A model generated the notes under the pieces. It saw nothing but the letters and a program-made list of their open reading frames with translations. It made no database searches and had not been told where the DNA came from. Below, piece by piece: positions 9,088 to 16,125 of a stretch of DNA of 25,774 nucleotides; position 1 is the first letter of the stretch; every line of letters begins with the position of its first letter. The DNA comes from a virus (lineage: Duplodnaviria; Caudoviricetes), in IMG/VR virus record IMGVR_UViG_3300037760_000086, positions 1-25,774 of that record. One strand, given 5' to 3'. A program made the position numbers and the translations under genes.

Positions 9088-9293
9088 AATTTTGGATGTT
9101 TTTGCGCGTCCAACTCGCGGTTGTCTGCTGTGCGGCGGCGGCCGGAGCCGCGTTGACCAACGAACAGCAATTCTCCCATATCTTTATCGACCCGTGGATC
9201 GCCAAGATGCTGCTAATTGCCCTGCCTATATCGATGGCGATCAAAGAATTTGGGTTCGTCTATCTGAGGTTCGGAAGCGGGGCAGGGGATTGA
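9084..9293 (+). CDS. Small two-TM membrane protein
   Basis: 69 aa, two hydrophobic stretches, ATGA-coupled to the previous gene. Confidence 0.55.
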   Translation: MKFWMFLRVQLAVVCCAAAAGAALTNEQQFSHIFIDPWIAKMLLIALPISMAIKEFGFVYLRFGSGAGD

Positions 9294-9366
9294 TTTTAGC
9301 TTTCCTTCACAATCAGGACCCGATAAGAAAGCCAAACTGCGGACGAACCGCCACCAACAAAAACCA

Positions 9367-9795
9367 ATGAAAATCCAATTGCCCGTCCTATTATGCGCGA
9401 CCGCCCTTCTCGGCGGCTGCGCATCCCTTGACCTTAATCGGTCCGATCTTACCAAGGTAGCTGTCCAGGCCGCGCTGCTCTACATTACGCTCGAGCACCC
9501 GGAACTCATGCCGGAGGCCCTGGCGATCGTCGACATCGCTACCGGCGATGAGGCGACCCGGAACGCTGCACTGGAGGGCCTGCTCGATGCTTACCTGGCG
9601 AAGCTTGGGGAGGATGGACTTAGCGACGAGGATCGAGCCAAGGCGGCCGCAATCGCCGCATTTGCCGATGCCGTGCTGCAGCTTTCTAAGCAAAATCCGG
9701 AGCTGCTTCCTTGGTTGGAGGCGTACCTGGGGGCTCTTGACGCCCGAGAGCGCGTGCTGCGCGATAAATGGGAGCTTGAGCCCGACCCCCGCTAG
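9367..9795 (+). CDS. Lipoprotein (possible o-spanin-like or exclusion lipoprotein)
   Basis: Signal peptide MKIQLPVLLCATALLGG|C with a lipobox; helical mature part; A/C-rich leader. Confidence 0.75.
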   Translation: MKIQLPVLLCATALLGGCASLDLNRSDLTKVAVQAALLYITLEHPELMPEALAIVDIATGDEATRNAALEGLLDAYLAKLGEDGLSDEDRAKAAAIAAFADAVLQLSKQNPELLPWLEAYLGALDARERVLRDKWELEPDPR

Positions 9796-9815
9796 GCCCT
9801 CTTTTCCGCGCTGCG

Positions 9816-10091
9816 CTAGACCAAGCGCGTGACCCGCATGGTCTTATCCCCGTGGCGGGGATGGCGGGAGATCTCCGTGATCTCGATGGTCTCGCCGGGC
9901 TCCATCGCTCGGAGGGCAGCCAGGTCCCTGCGGATTACCGCAAGGACTTCGGGCCGCTTCTGCGCGAAGCGGTTATTCTCCGAGATCGTGCAGGCTTCTG
10001 CACGGAACTCGAACAAATTTCCCGGAATCTCGTAGAGCCGGGTTCCGTCTTTCCGGGCCTTGTCGGCCCATCGTTGTTGGGTGGCGTTCAT
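9816..10091 (-). CDS. Hypothetical protein, the only convincing reverse-strand gene (about 91 aa)
   Basis: Fills the gap between the lysis and DNA metabolism blocks; ATG at 10091 sits 7 nt after a near-consensus -10 box. Confidence 0.7.
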   Translation of the reverse strand: MNATQQRWADKARKDGTRLYEIPGNLFEFRAEACTISENNRFAQKRPEVLAVIRRDLAALRAMEPGETIEITEISRHPRHGDKTMRVTRLV

Positions 10092-10098
10092 TGGAGAC

Positions 10099-10127
10099 AT
10101 AATACCACGATAACACGGCCCGCGCAA
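10099..10127 (-). promoter_or_regulatory. Strong sigma70-like promoter with extended -10, leaderless configuration
   Basis: Minus strand reads TTGCGC-17 nt-TATTAT with TG one base upstream of the -10, then gtctcca ATG. Confidence 0.7.
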
Positions 10128-10139
10128 GCCCTTTTCGCA

Positions 10140-10176
10140 TCTTTTTTGATTCTTTTTCGGGCCGCATCAAAAAAGA
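10140..10176. repeat. 11-bp perfect inverted repeat between divergent transcription units
   Basis: TCTTTTTTGAT (10140-10150), 15 nt spacer, ATCAAAAAAGA (10166-10176). Confidence 0.8.
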
Positions 10177-10215
10177 GTCGACAAGGCGGATTTTCTATGG
10201 ATCATGGGCATCGCC

Positions 10216-11091
10216 ATGACGCAATCCATTAATCAAATCAGGGACCTCCCCCACAAGGCCGTCGTGTACGGCTTCGAGGGGGTGGTCAGTAAAGGGTTCC
10301 CGCGAAAAGCGGGGACAAACAACCTCGGCGAGTGGTCATTTGAGACCTTCGTCGTGGATGACGCCGACGGCGAAAGCATCCGGCTCAGCCTCAAGAACTG
10401 CCCGGAAGCGGGGTGGCAACCCGGCACCACGATCCGGGTTGAGCCCCACAAGGGGGACAAGGGGTTTTCCGGCCTTTACGCCGAGGACGACGAATACAAG
10501 GGCGTGCCGCGACGGACGCTCCTGGCCACCGCGACATCGAGGCGGACGATCATCCATGCAGAGCAGGCCCCGCAACGAGCCGCAGCACAGGCCCCGCAGC
10601 AGCGGACGGAAGCCTATCACAACGGGGCCAGCGTAGGCTACAAACCGCCACCTGAGTATGCAGAGGACGCGCCGGAGCAACCGAAGAAGCCGACGGAGCG
10701 GCCGGCAAAGACTCCACAGGAACTGAAGGAGGAGAAGAAAAAGAAGAAAGAGAAGACCCTGAGCCAGGTCCGGGCCCTGGCTTTCCATTCGGGCCAAGCC
10801 TGGGGGTTATGCTTCGACGCCGCGGTCCATCAGCTTGTGCATGTCCGGGAAAGGCATGGCGTCGCTTTCCACGCCGACCACCAGTTTCGATTGGCAATGG
10901 CAATTTTCATCAACGCCAAGGACGCTATGTCCTCGGGCCAGTTTGGATCTGGGGCCAAGAACATAGCAGATTTACCGATGGACTTTGAGAAAAAGCCCGT
11001 CGTTTTCTCCGGCCAGCAACTGTCGACCGAAGCCGCGGCATTCGAGAAGATGTTAGGAGAATACGCCAAGGGGAGCGATTTCGAAGGATGA
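10216..11091 (+). CDS. OB-fold single-stranded DNA-binding protein, RPA/archaeal SSB-like N-terminus
   Basis: SINQIRDL...FEGVVSK...GEWSFETFVVDDADGESIRLSL...GTTIRV...DDEYKG matches the RPA-type OB pattern; P/Q/A/K-rich linker; helical C-domain and acidic/aromatic end (GSDFEG). Start 10216 or 10204. Confidence 0.6.
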   Translation: MTQSINQIRDLPHKAVVYGFEGVVSKGFPRKAGTNNLGEWSFETFVVDDADGESIRLSLKNCPEAGWQPGTTIRVEPHKGDKGFSGLYAEDDEYKGVPRRTLLATATSRRTIIHAEQAPQRAAAQAPQQRTEAYHNGASVGYKPPPEYAEDAPEQPKKPTERPAKTPQELKEEKKKKKEKTLSQVRALAFHSGQAWGLCFDAAVHQLVHVRERHGVAFHADHQFRLAMAIFINAKDAMSSGQFGSGAKNIADLPMDFEKKPVVFSGQQLSTEAAAFEKMLGEYAKGSDFEG

Positions 11092-11378
11092 AAATCGTAA
11101 ACTACAACCACCTATGCGTCCTCGCCATTTGCGTCCAGACGCGCAACTACACCGAGGCCGCGCGCATCCTTCGCCGGCGACAGCCGACCGTGAGCATCAC
11201 GATTCGGACACTGGCCAAGGCCCTGGGCGATCCGTTGTTCCACCAGAGGCGGCGCCGCGGGACCCGAAAAGGGAGCCCGGAGATGATCCCGACGCCCCTG
11301 GCGATCGAGCTGGCGCAGCTCATGCGGCCGGTGGTTAATCGGGTGGCCACGATCGAAGAGGAAATCACCACCCGATAA
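11088..11378 (+). CDS. LysR-type HTH-only DNA-binding protein
   Basis: RNYTEAARILRRRQPTVSITIRTLAKALGDPLF...PTPLAIEL is a LysR HTH_1 signature; no effector-binding domain (96 aa). Confidence 0.85.
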   Translation: MKIVNYNHLCVLAICVQTRNYTEAARILRRRQPTVSITIRTLAKALGDPLFHQRRRRGTRKGSPEMIPTPLAIELAQLMRPVVNRVATIEEEITTR

Positions 11379-11380
11379 CC

Positions 11381-11473
11381 ATGGATCCGCTGTTTCTCTT
11401 CGTCGTCAGCATCATAGCGGCGACCATCCTCACGATAATCTGGCTCCTCTGGGGCCAACACAAACACAAATAA
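11381..11473 (+). CDS. 30-aa single-TM microprotein (not in the ORF track)
   Basis: MDPLFLFVVSIIAATILTIIWLLWGQHKHK*; exactly fills the gap, 2 nt after one stop and 2 nt before the next ATG. Confidence 0.65.
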   Translation: MDPLFLFVVSIIAATILTIIWLLWGQHKHK

Positions 11474-11475
11474 CT

Positions 11476-13518
11476 ATGATAGAGAAAATAAAGATACAAG
11501 GACTCAAGGGTGCCGACGGCATCTATTCACTCGCACCGCTGACCGCCATTGTGGCGCCGAACGCATCCGGCAAGACGGCGATCCTCGACGCCATCCAACT
11601 GGTCACCACGGGATCACATCCCGCCTTTGGAAAGACGGGAAAAGCCATCATGCAGATGGCGCCAGGAACCTCCCTGTCAATCGAGGCGACTACCGATGGC
11701 GGTAAGTGGCTCAAGAGGGCCTGGACCATGAGCAAGACCGGGAGCGTCAAAACGACAGCCCATTTGCCGGACGACTGGGACGGGACGGGTCTGGCCATGG
11801 CGTTCTCGCCGACACAGTTTCTCGGGCTCAATGCCCGAGGGCGCGTCGATTACATCCTGGCCAGCGTGCCTGATGGCACTATCCCGGAGGGGAGCAAGGC
11901 TCGAGATCGGATCGACCGGGAGATGACCGGACCAGCCAGGCTCACACCGGCGGAGGTTGAGGCCTTTGATCGCCCGATTGTGGACGTCCTAGCCGACGCA
12001 AAGGACGCGTGCATCGAGGCGCGGCGAGCGACCAAGCAGGACCGCACGCGCAGCCTGGAGACCGTACGTGGCCTCGAGGACGGCATGCGAGACACCGAGG
12101 CACCCGAGCGAGTGGAGAAAGAAGTCGTCGACGAGAAAGGGAAAGCATACCTCGAGGCAATGCGTGAGCTGACGAGGATCGCCGAGCGGCACCGTGAGGC
12201 CAGCCGGCGGCTCGAGAAATTCACCGCGATCCCGCACGAGACGTGGACGCCAGCTTATGAAGACAGGCTGGCGACCGTCGAGGCTGAGTTTCTCGAGCTG
12301 GAGAAGGTGAGGCGGAGTGGCACCAATATTGAGCAGCAGATCACCGCCATCATGCGCGGCGCACCGGAGCCCGAGGAGGTTGAGGAGGCTGAGGAAAGGG
12401 TGATCGCACGGAAGCACGAACGGCCGACAGAGGGCTTGGAGGACATCCGCGAGGAGGTGATCAGGCTACGCCAGGACGAGGCGACCACGCGCGAATTGCT
12501 GCAGCGCGGCACGCGGGAATTTGAAGATTACGCAAGGGAGACCGACAAGCTTCTGCAGCAGGACGCGTGTCCCACCTGCGGGGCGGCAGGCGCGGCATTC
12601 CGAAAGCCCTTGGCCGAGGCCAGGGCGGAGAAGCTCGGCAAGATTGAACGCGAGATGGAGGGGCACATGGAACACCTCGAAACGATCGCCGGCGACGTGG
12701 CTCTCTGCCAAGAGAAGATCAAGATCCTCGAGGCTTACAAGCTGCTTGAGCAAGACAAGGAGGCAACGATGGCGATCGATCAACTGCGGCGCGCGCAAGC
12801 GAATGTGCCCGACGCAGGCCGCCTCGAGGAGGTCCGCGAGGAGGTCCGGGCCCTGCGCCAGCGCAAAATCCACGCGGCGGCGCTCAAGTCCATGGGCGAG
12901 ATCCCGACGAAGGAGGCGATTGCTGATCTGGCGACACTGGAGGCTGAGTGCCGAGACGTGACTGAGGCGCGGCGCGTCGAGGCCTTGGTCGCCGACGAGG
13001 GGCACGCAACGTGGCTCCGGCACGGCGGTGCCATGCGCCAACTCAAGACGGCCAAGCAGCACCTCGAGGCCGCAGAGATCCGACTAACCAAGATCGCGGA
13101 CCTACTCGCCTACGTCGAGGGCGCCGCGGCATCCATGGCGCAGGCCATATCGGATCCGCTTCGCCGAGGGCTGCAGGCTTTCACGGTGGGGGTTTTGCCT
13201 GGCGAGGTGCACGTTCAGCCGGACCTCGCCCTGGCCTATGTGGACGACCGGGGAACGAGGCCATTCGATGCGCTGAGCGGCGGCGAGCGAGCCGTGATTG
13301 CCTTCGCCTTGTCGGCTTTTCTGGCCACGCTGACACCGCTCAGGCTCGCCTGCTTCGACGAGGCGAGCGTGCTCGATAAGCAGTGGCGCCCGGCATTTCT
13401 CCGGAAAATCGCCGAGCGAGTGGCGGACGGGACGCTTGCGCAGGCGATCGCAACCGACCACAACCGAAGCGGATTCGCCGACGCGGGATGGACGTTGTTG
13501 ACTCCGAAACAAAAATGA
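11476..13518 (+). CDS. Rad50/SbcC-like SMC-family ATPase with zinc hook
   Basis: Walker A APNASGKT, long coiled coil with central CPTCG hook, ABC signature LSGGE, Walker B/D-loop CFDEASVLD, H-loop ATDH. Confidence 0.9.
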   Translation: MIEKIKIQGLKGADGIYSLAPLTAIVAPNASGKTAILDAIQLVTTGSHPAFGKTGKAIMQMAPGTSLSIEATTDGGKWLKRAWTMSKTGSVKTTAHLPDDWDGTGLAMAFSPTQFLGLNARGRVDYILASVPDGTIPEGSKARDRIDREMTGPARLTPAEVEAFDRPIVDVLADAKDACIEARRATKQDRTRSLETVRGLEDGMRDTEAPERVEKEVVDEKGKAYLEAMRELTRIAERHREASRRLEKFTAIPHETWTPAYEDRLATVEAEFLELEKVRRSGTNIEQQITAIMRGAPEPEEVEEAEERVIARKHERPTEGLEDIREEVIRLRQDEATTRELLQRGTREFEDYARETDKLLQQDACPTCGAAGAAFRKPLAEARAEKLGKIEREMEGHMEHLETIAGDVALCQEKIKILEAYKLLEQDKEATMAIDQLRRAQANVPDAGRLEEVREEVRALRQRKIHAAALKSMGEIPTKEAIADLATLEAECRDVTEARRVEALVADEGHATWLRHGGAMRQLKTAKQHLEAAEIRLTKIADLLAYVEGAAASMAQAISDPLRRGLQAFTVGVLPGEVHVQPDLALAYVDDRGTRPFDALSGGERAVIAFALSAFLATLTPLRLACFDEASVLDKQWRPAFLRKIAERVADGTLAQAIATDHNRSGFADAGWTLLTPKQK

Positions 13519-13550
13519 TCCATAAATTCCAACGATAGAATCGATAGAAT

Positions 13551-15017
13551 ATGACAATAGAGCAAGAGCAGATCATTAACGAGAGGGGCCACGTCGTCGT
13601 CACGGCGCGGGCAGGAACTGGCAAGACGACGGTGGTCGTCGAGCGAATCCGGAAGGCGATCGCCGATGGCGTTGACCCGCAAAAGATCGTGGCCATCACC
13701 TACACGGTGGCGGCAGCGCGAGAGATCCAGGACAGGCTGGGGGTGAGGCTCTGCCATTGCGGAACGCTCCACTCCTTCGCCATGCGGTTTATCCCGCCCA
13801 TGCAGATCGCGACCGAGGAGGAGTTCCAAAGAGCGATCGCGGACGCGACGAGCCGGCTCAAGGTCAATGGGATCACGACCAAGGCGATCGTGGCTGGGCT
13901 GGAGGACGTTGCCGAGCAGCAAGGCAACCTGGGAATGGTCATCCGCCACATTCGCTACGAGCTGGAGCAGCGAGGTATCCGAACCTTTGGCATGGCACTG
14001 ATTGCGGCGCTTCGTAGCGGCAATCTGCCGCGAACCCGGGTTGACCTCCTGGTGGTCGACGAGATGCAGGACAGCGCCAGCATCGACTTGGCGATCTACG
14101 AGGCGATCCAACCCGAAGAAAGCCTCATAGTCGGTGACGACCTGCAGTCCATTTTTGGATTCCGCGGGAGTAGCCCGAGGCACTTCCGGCGACTGCTCCG
14201 GGACCCGAATCGGCAGAAGATGAAGCTCGGCCAGACCTTCCGGTTCGGGCCAGCAATCGTGGAGGCGGCAAACCGGCTGTGCGACGCCGGGATGAGCACC
14301 AAGCGGCTGGACTGCGAGACGAGTTGCATGTTCGTCCATTGCCCTAGCGAGGCTGACGAGGTGGGGACCATCGAGAGATTTCTCCGGGAGCGCGCGGACA
14401 CGTCGCAATCCCTGGCCGTCCTGACGCGGTACAACCAGACCGTGAGAGCGATCGCGGACCGGCTGCGAGCGGCCGGCCTTGAGGTCAAGGTCCGGGCCCA
14501 CAACGAGGACCAATCTTTGCTGATCGATTGCCTGCGGATGTTGGCCAAGGACAAGGTTACGAGTTTCGAGACTGAGTATCTGGCCTTACGCCTCGGTGAG
14601 CGATTTTACAAGGTTCGCGGGTTGCGGACGGCACTTGATCAGATCGATTGCGCCAGACAAAGCCCTAGCGCCACGGCAGGGCTGCTAGCGCTTGGCCTGA
14701 GCCACGACGAGGCGATGCAAAGCGGTGGGCAGGGGGCTGACAGCCTGACGGCCGCCGAGGCCTTAGAAGCCGCGCTACGAGGCCAGACAGCGCAGTGGTT
14801 CTCATCTGGGATCGAGGTCACGACCATCCACCAGGCCAAGGGGCGAGAATGGGACCACGTATGCTTGGCGGCGGCCTGGGACCGGGCCAACACGACCGAG
14901 GAGGACCTCCGGCTCTTCTACGTGGCGATCACACGGACAAGGGTCGACCTGCTGATCACGTGCGTCGGCAAGCCAAGCCGATTTATCGAGGCGGCCGGGA
15001 TCCCGGTGATTAATTAA
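13551..15017 (+). CDS. Compact UvrD/REP-family SF1 helicase
   Basis: ARAGTGKT, ITYTVAAAREI, GTLHSF, VVDEMQD, VGDDLQSIFGFRG, TTIHQAKGREWD and RLFYVAITR motifs in only 488 aa. Confidence 0.92.
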   Translation: MTIEQEQIINERGHVVVTARAGTGKTTVVVERIRKAIADGVDPQKIVAITYTVAAAREIQDRLGVRLCHCGTLHSFAMRFIPPMQIATEEEFQRAIADATSRLKVNGITTKAIVAGLEDVAEQQGNLGMVIRHIRYELEQRGIRTFGMALIAALRSGNLPRTRVDLLVVDEMQDSASIDLAIYEAIQPEESLIVGDDLQSIFGFRGSSPRHFRRLLRDPNRQKMKLGQTFRFGPAIVEAANRLCDAGMSTKRLDCETSCMFVHCPSEADEVGTIERFLRERADTSQSLAVLTRYNQTVRAIADRLRAAGLEVKVRAHNEDQSLLIDCLRMLAKDKVTSFETEYLALRLGERFYKVRGLRTALDQIDCARQSPSATAGLLALGLSHDEAMQSGGQGADSLTAAEALEAALRGQTAQWFSSGIEVTTIHQAKGREWDHVCLAAAWDRANTTEEDLRLFYVAITRTRVDLLITCVGKPSRFIEAAGIPVIN

Positions 15018-15033
15018 CAAACCAAAACAAACA

Positions 15034-15264
15034 ATGGAATTTCAAGTAGAGGTACGAGCTGAGCTGAGCCGCGCAAGAGCGTCGCATAGGGCTATGACAA
15101 CTCCGCACGAGGCCTATGCCGTCATCCTCGAGGAGCTGGACGAGTTCTGGGACGAGGTCCGAAAAAAGGAGCACTGCCCAGAGAAGATGCTCCGAGAATT
15201 GATTCAGATTGCCGCCATGGCGCAAAGGGCTGCCGAGGACCTTCTGCCCACAGCCATCACATGA
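15034..15264 (+). CDS. MazG-like NTP pyrophosphohydrolase-fold protein
   Basis: HEAYAVILEELDEFWDEV...RELIQIAAMA shows the EExxE...ExxQ helical pattern of small phage MazG-like proteins. Confidence 0.7.
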   Translation: MEFQVEVRAELSRARASHRAMTTPHEAYAVILEELDEFWDEVRKKEHCPEKMLRELIQIAAMAQRAAEDLLPTAIT

Positions 15265-15458
15265 ACGCGGAGTCCAGAGACGATTCACGCCGAGCCGAAT
15301 GGTTCGCCCGCCGGCGAGAGGAGCTGCGCGGCGAACGCTGGAGGCAGAGGCTCAGAGCGGCCAAGATCATCAGCCCATGCCGCCACGCCGCAGCCAATGC
15401 CCGCGAGGGCGGATGGGTGATCGAGTTTTGCGGGACAGACGAGGATGATCTTGCATGA
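15261..15458 (+). CDS. Hypothetical protein
   Basis: 65 aa, ATGA-coupled to the MazG-like gene. Confidence 0.45.
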   Translation: MNAESRDDSRRAEWFARRREELRGERWRQRLRAAKIISPCRHAAANAREGGWVIEFCGTDEDDLA

Positions 15459-15569
15459 TGGCGGCGAAACACGAGGGCCGTCGCACCCACTCCTGGAGAC
15501 GACGGCCCTCAAACCAATCAGAAGAAATGCACAAAGACACCAAAACCAACCAAGTGCAAACCCGACGAC

Positions 15570-15721
15570 AAAAAAAGGGGGGTAGGGGGTTACCCCCTTT
15601 TGCTTCTGCCTTCTGCTTCTGCCTTCTGCTTCTGCTTCTGCTTCTGCTTCTGCTTGGCAATTCTGGTGTTACTTTTGCGTAACGGTCACACGGGAGCGTT
15701 ATTGTCACGCGTTAGCGTTAT
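15570..15721. other. Putative phage replication origin: G/C-tract hairpin, TGC(C)TTC tandem array and GTTA/GTCAC iteron-like motifs
   Basis: AAAAAAAGGGGGGTAGGGGGTTACCCCCTTTT, about 9 units of TGC(C)TTC, then GTTAC..GTAAC, 2x GTCAC and 3x GCGTTA; directly upstream of initiator-like genes. Confidence 0.55.
15601..15655. repeat. Tandem repeat with 6/7-nt units TGCTTC/TGCCTTC (about 9 copies)
   Basis: tgcttc|tgccttc|tgcttc|tgccttc|tgcttc|tgcttc|tgcttc|tgcttc|tgctt read directly. Confidence 0.95.
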
Positions 15722-15726
15722 TTGCC

Positions 15727-15755
15727 TTGACCGGTGGCAGCAAGACCGGCATAAC
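15727..15755 (+). promoter_or_regulatory. Putative sigma70-like promoter for the replication genes
   Basis: TTGACC (15727-15732), 17 nt, CATAAC (15750-15755). Confidence 0.5.
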
Positions 15756-15811
15756 GAAGAAGGCCACCGCATCCATGTCCGTCGCGGTGGCCTTCCAAAA
15801 TAACTAAACTT

Positions 15812-16120
15812 ATGCAAACAAACCCGAATTCCAGCGGAACGCAATTCATAGATCGCGGAGATCGTTTCACGGTTCTTCCAACCGCGCTCGTCCGAGGGCA
15901 ACTGGCACCCGCCTTAAGCGTTGACGCGTGCTGGCTCTACACCTACCTGAAGAGCATTCACGGCCAATCCCCAACGACCACCTTGATGATGTCCCAGGAA
16001 TGTCGCATGTCGGTCGGCACGGTCTCCAAGGCCAAGCGTGAGCTAGTTGACGCCGGCCTGATCACAATCACGCGGCGCGACGAGCAGAGCGATCTGATCG
16101 AGATCAACTCAAGCCTTTAA
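15812..16120 (+). CDS. Winged-helix protein resembling a phage replication initiator N-terminal domain
   Basis: FTVLPTALVR...LSVDACWLYTYL...MSVGTVSKAKRELVDAGLITITRR, an HTH_36-like pattern; ends soon after the wing. Confidence 0.75.
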   Translation: MQTNPNSSGTQFIDRGDRFTVLPTALVRGQLAPALSVDACWLYTYLKSIHGQSPTTTLMMSQECRMSVGTVSKAKRELVDAGLITITRRDEQSDLIEINSSL

Positions 16121-16125
16121 GCGCC

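Noticed and set aside
13236-14513. Long antisense ORFs (425 aa here; also 415-1185, 6565-7419, 18713-19666)
   Set aside because: They shadow well-supported + strand genes in GC-rich DNA and show no recognisable motifs.
11476-15017. Calling the ATPase-helicase pair Gabija, Lamassu or Wadjet
   Set aside because: The ATPase has a Rad50 zinc hook and no TOPRIM domain; no effector, kleisin or KITE genes are adjacent; the context is a phage replication block.
15574-15600. G-quadruplex or simple intrinsic terminator at the G/C tracts
   Set aside because: Only two long G-runs are present. A GGGGG/CCCCC hairpin followed by TTTT could terminate transcription, but it is treated as part of the origin-like element rather than called separately.
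15601-15655. Tandem repeat considered as a CRISPR array or DGR repeat
   Set aside because: Units are 6-7 nt with no spacers; no cas or reverse transcriptase gene is present, and no template/variable repeat pair was noticed.
15455-15682. 75-aa ORF with FCFC/poly-Leu tract, and the antisense ORF 15370-15708 with SRSRSR
   Set aside because: Both simply read through the TGC(C)TTC tandem array; the low-complexity translations are better explained by a DNA-level repeat.
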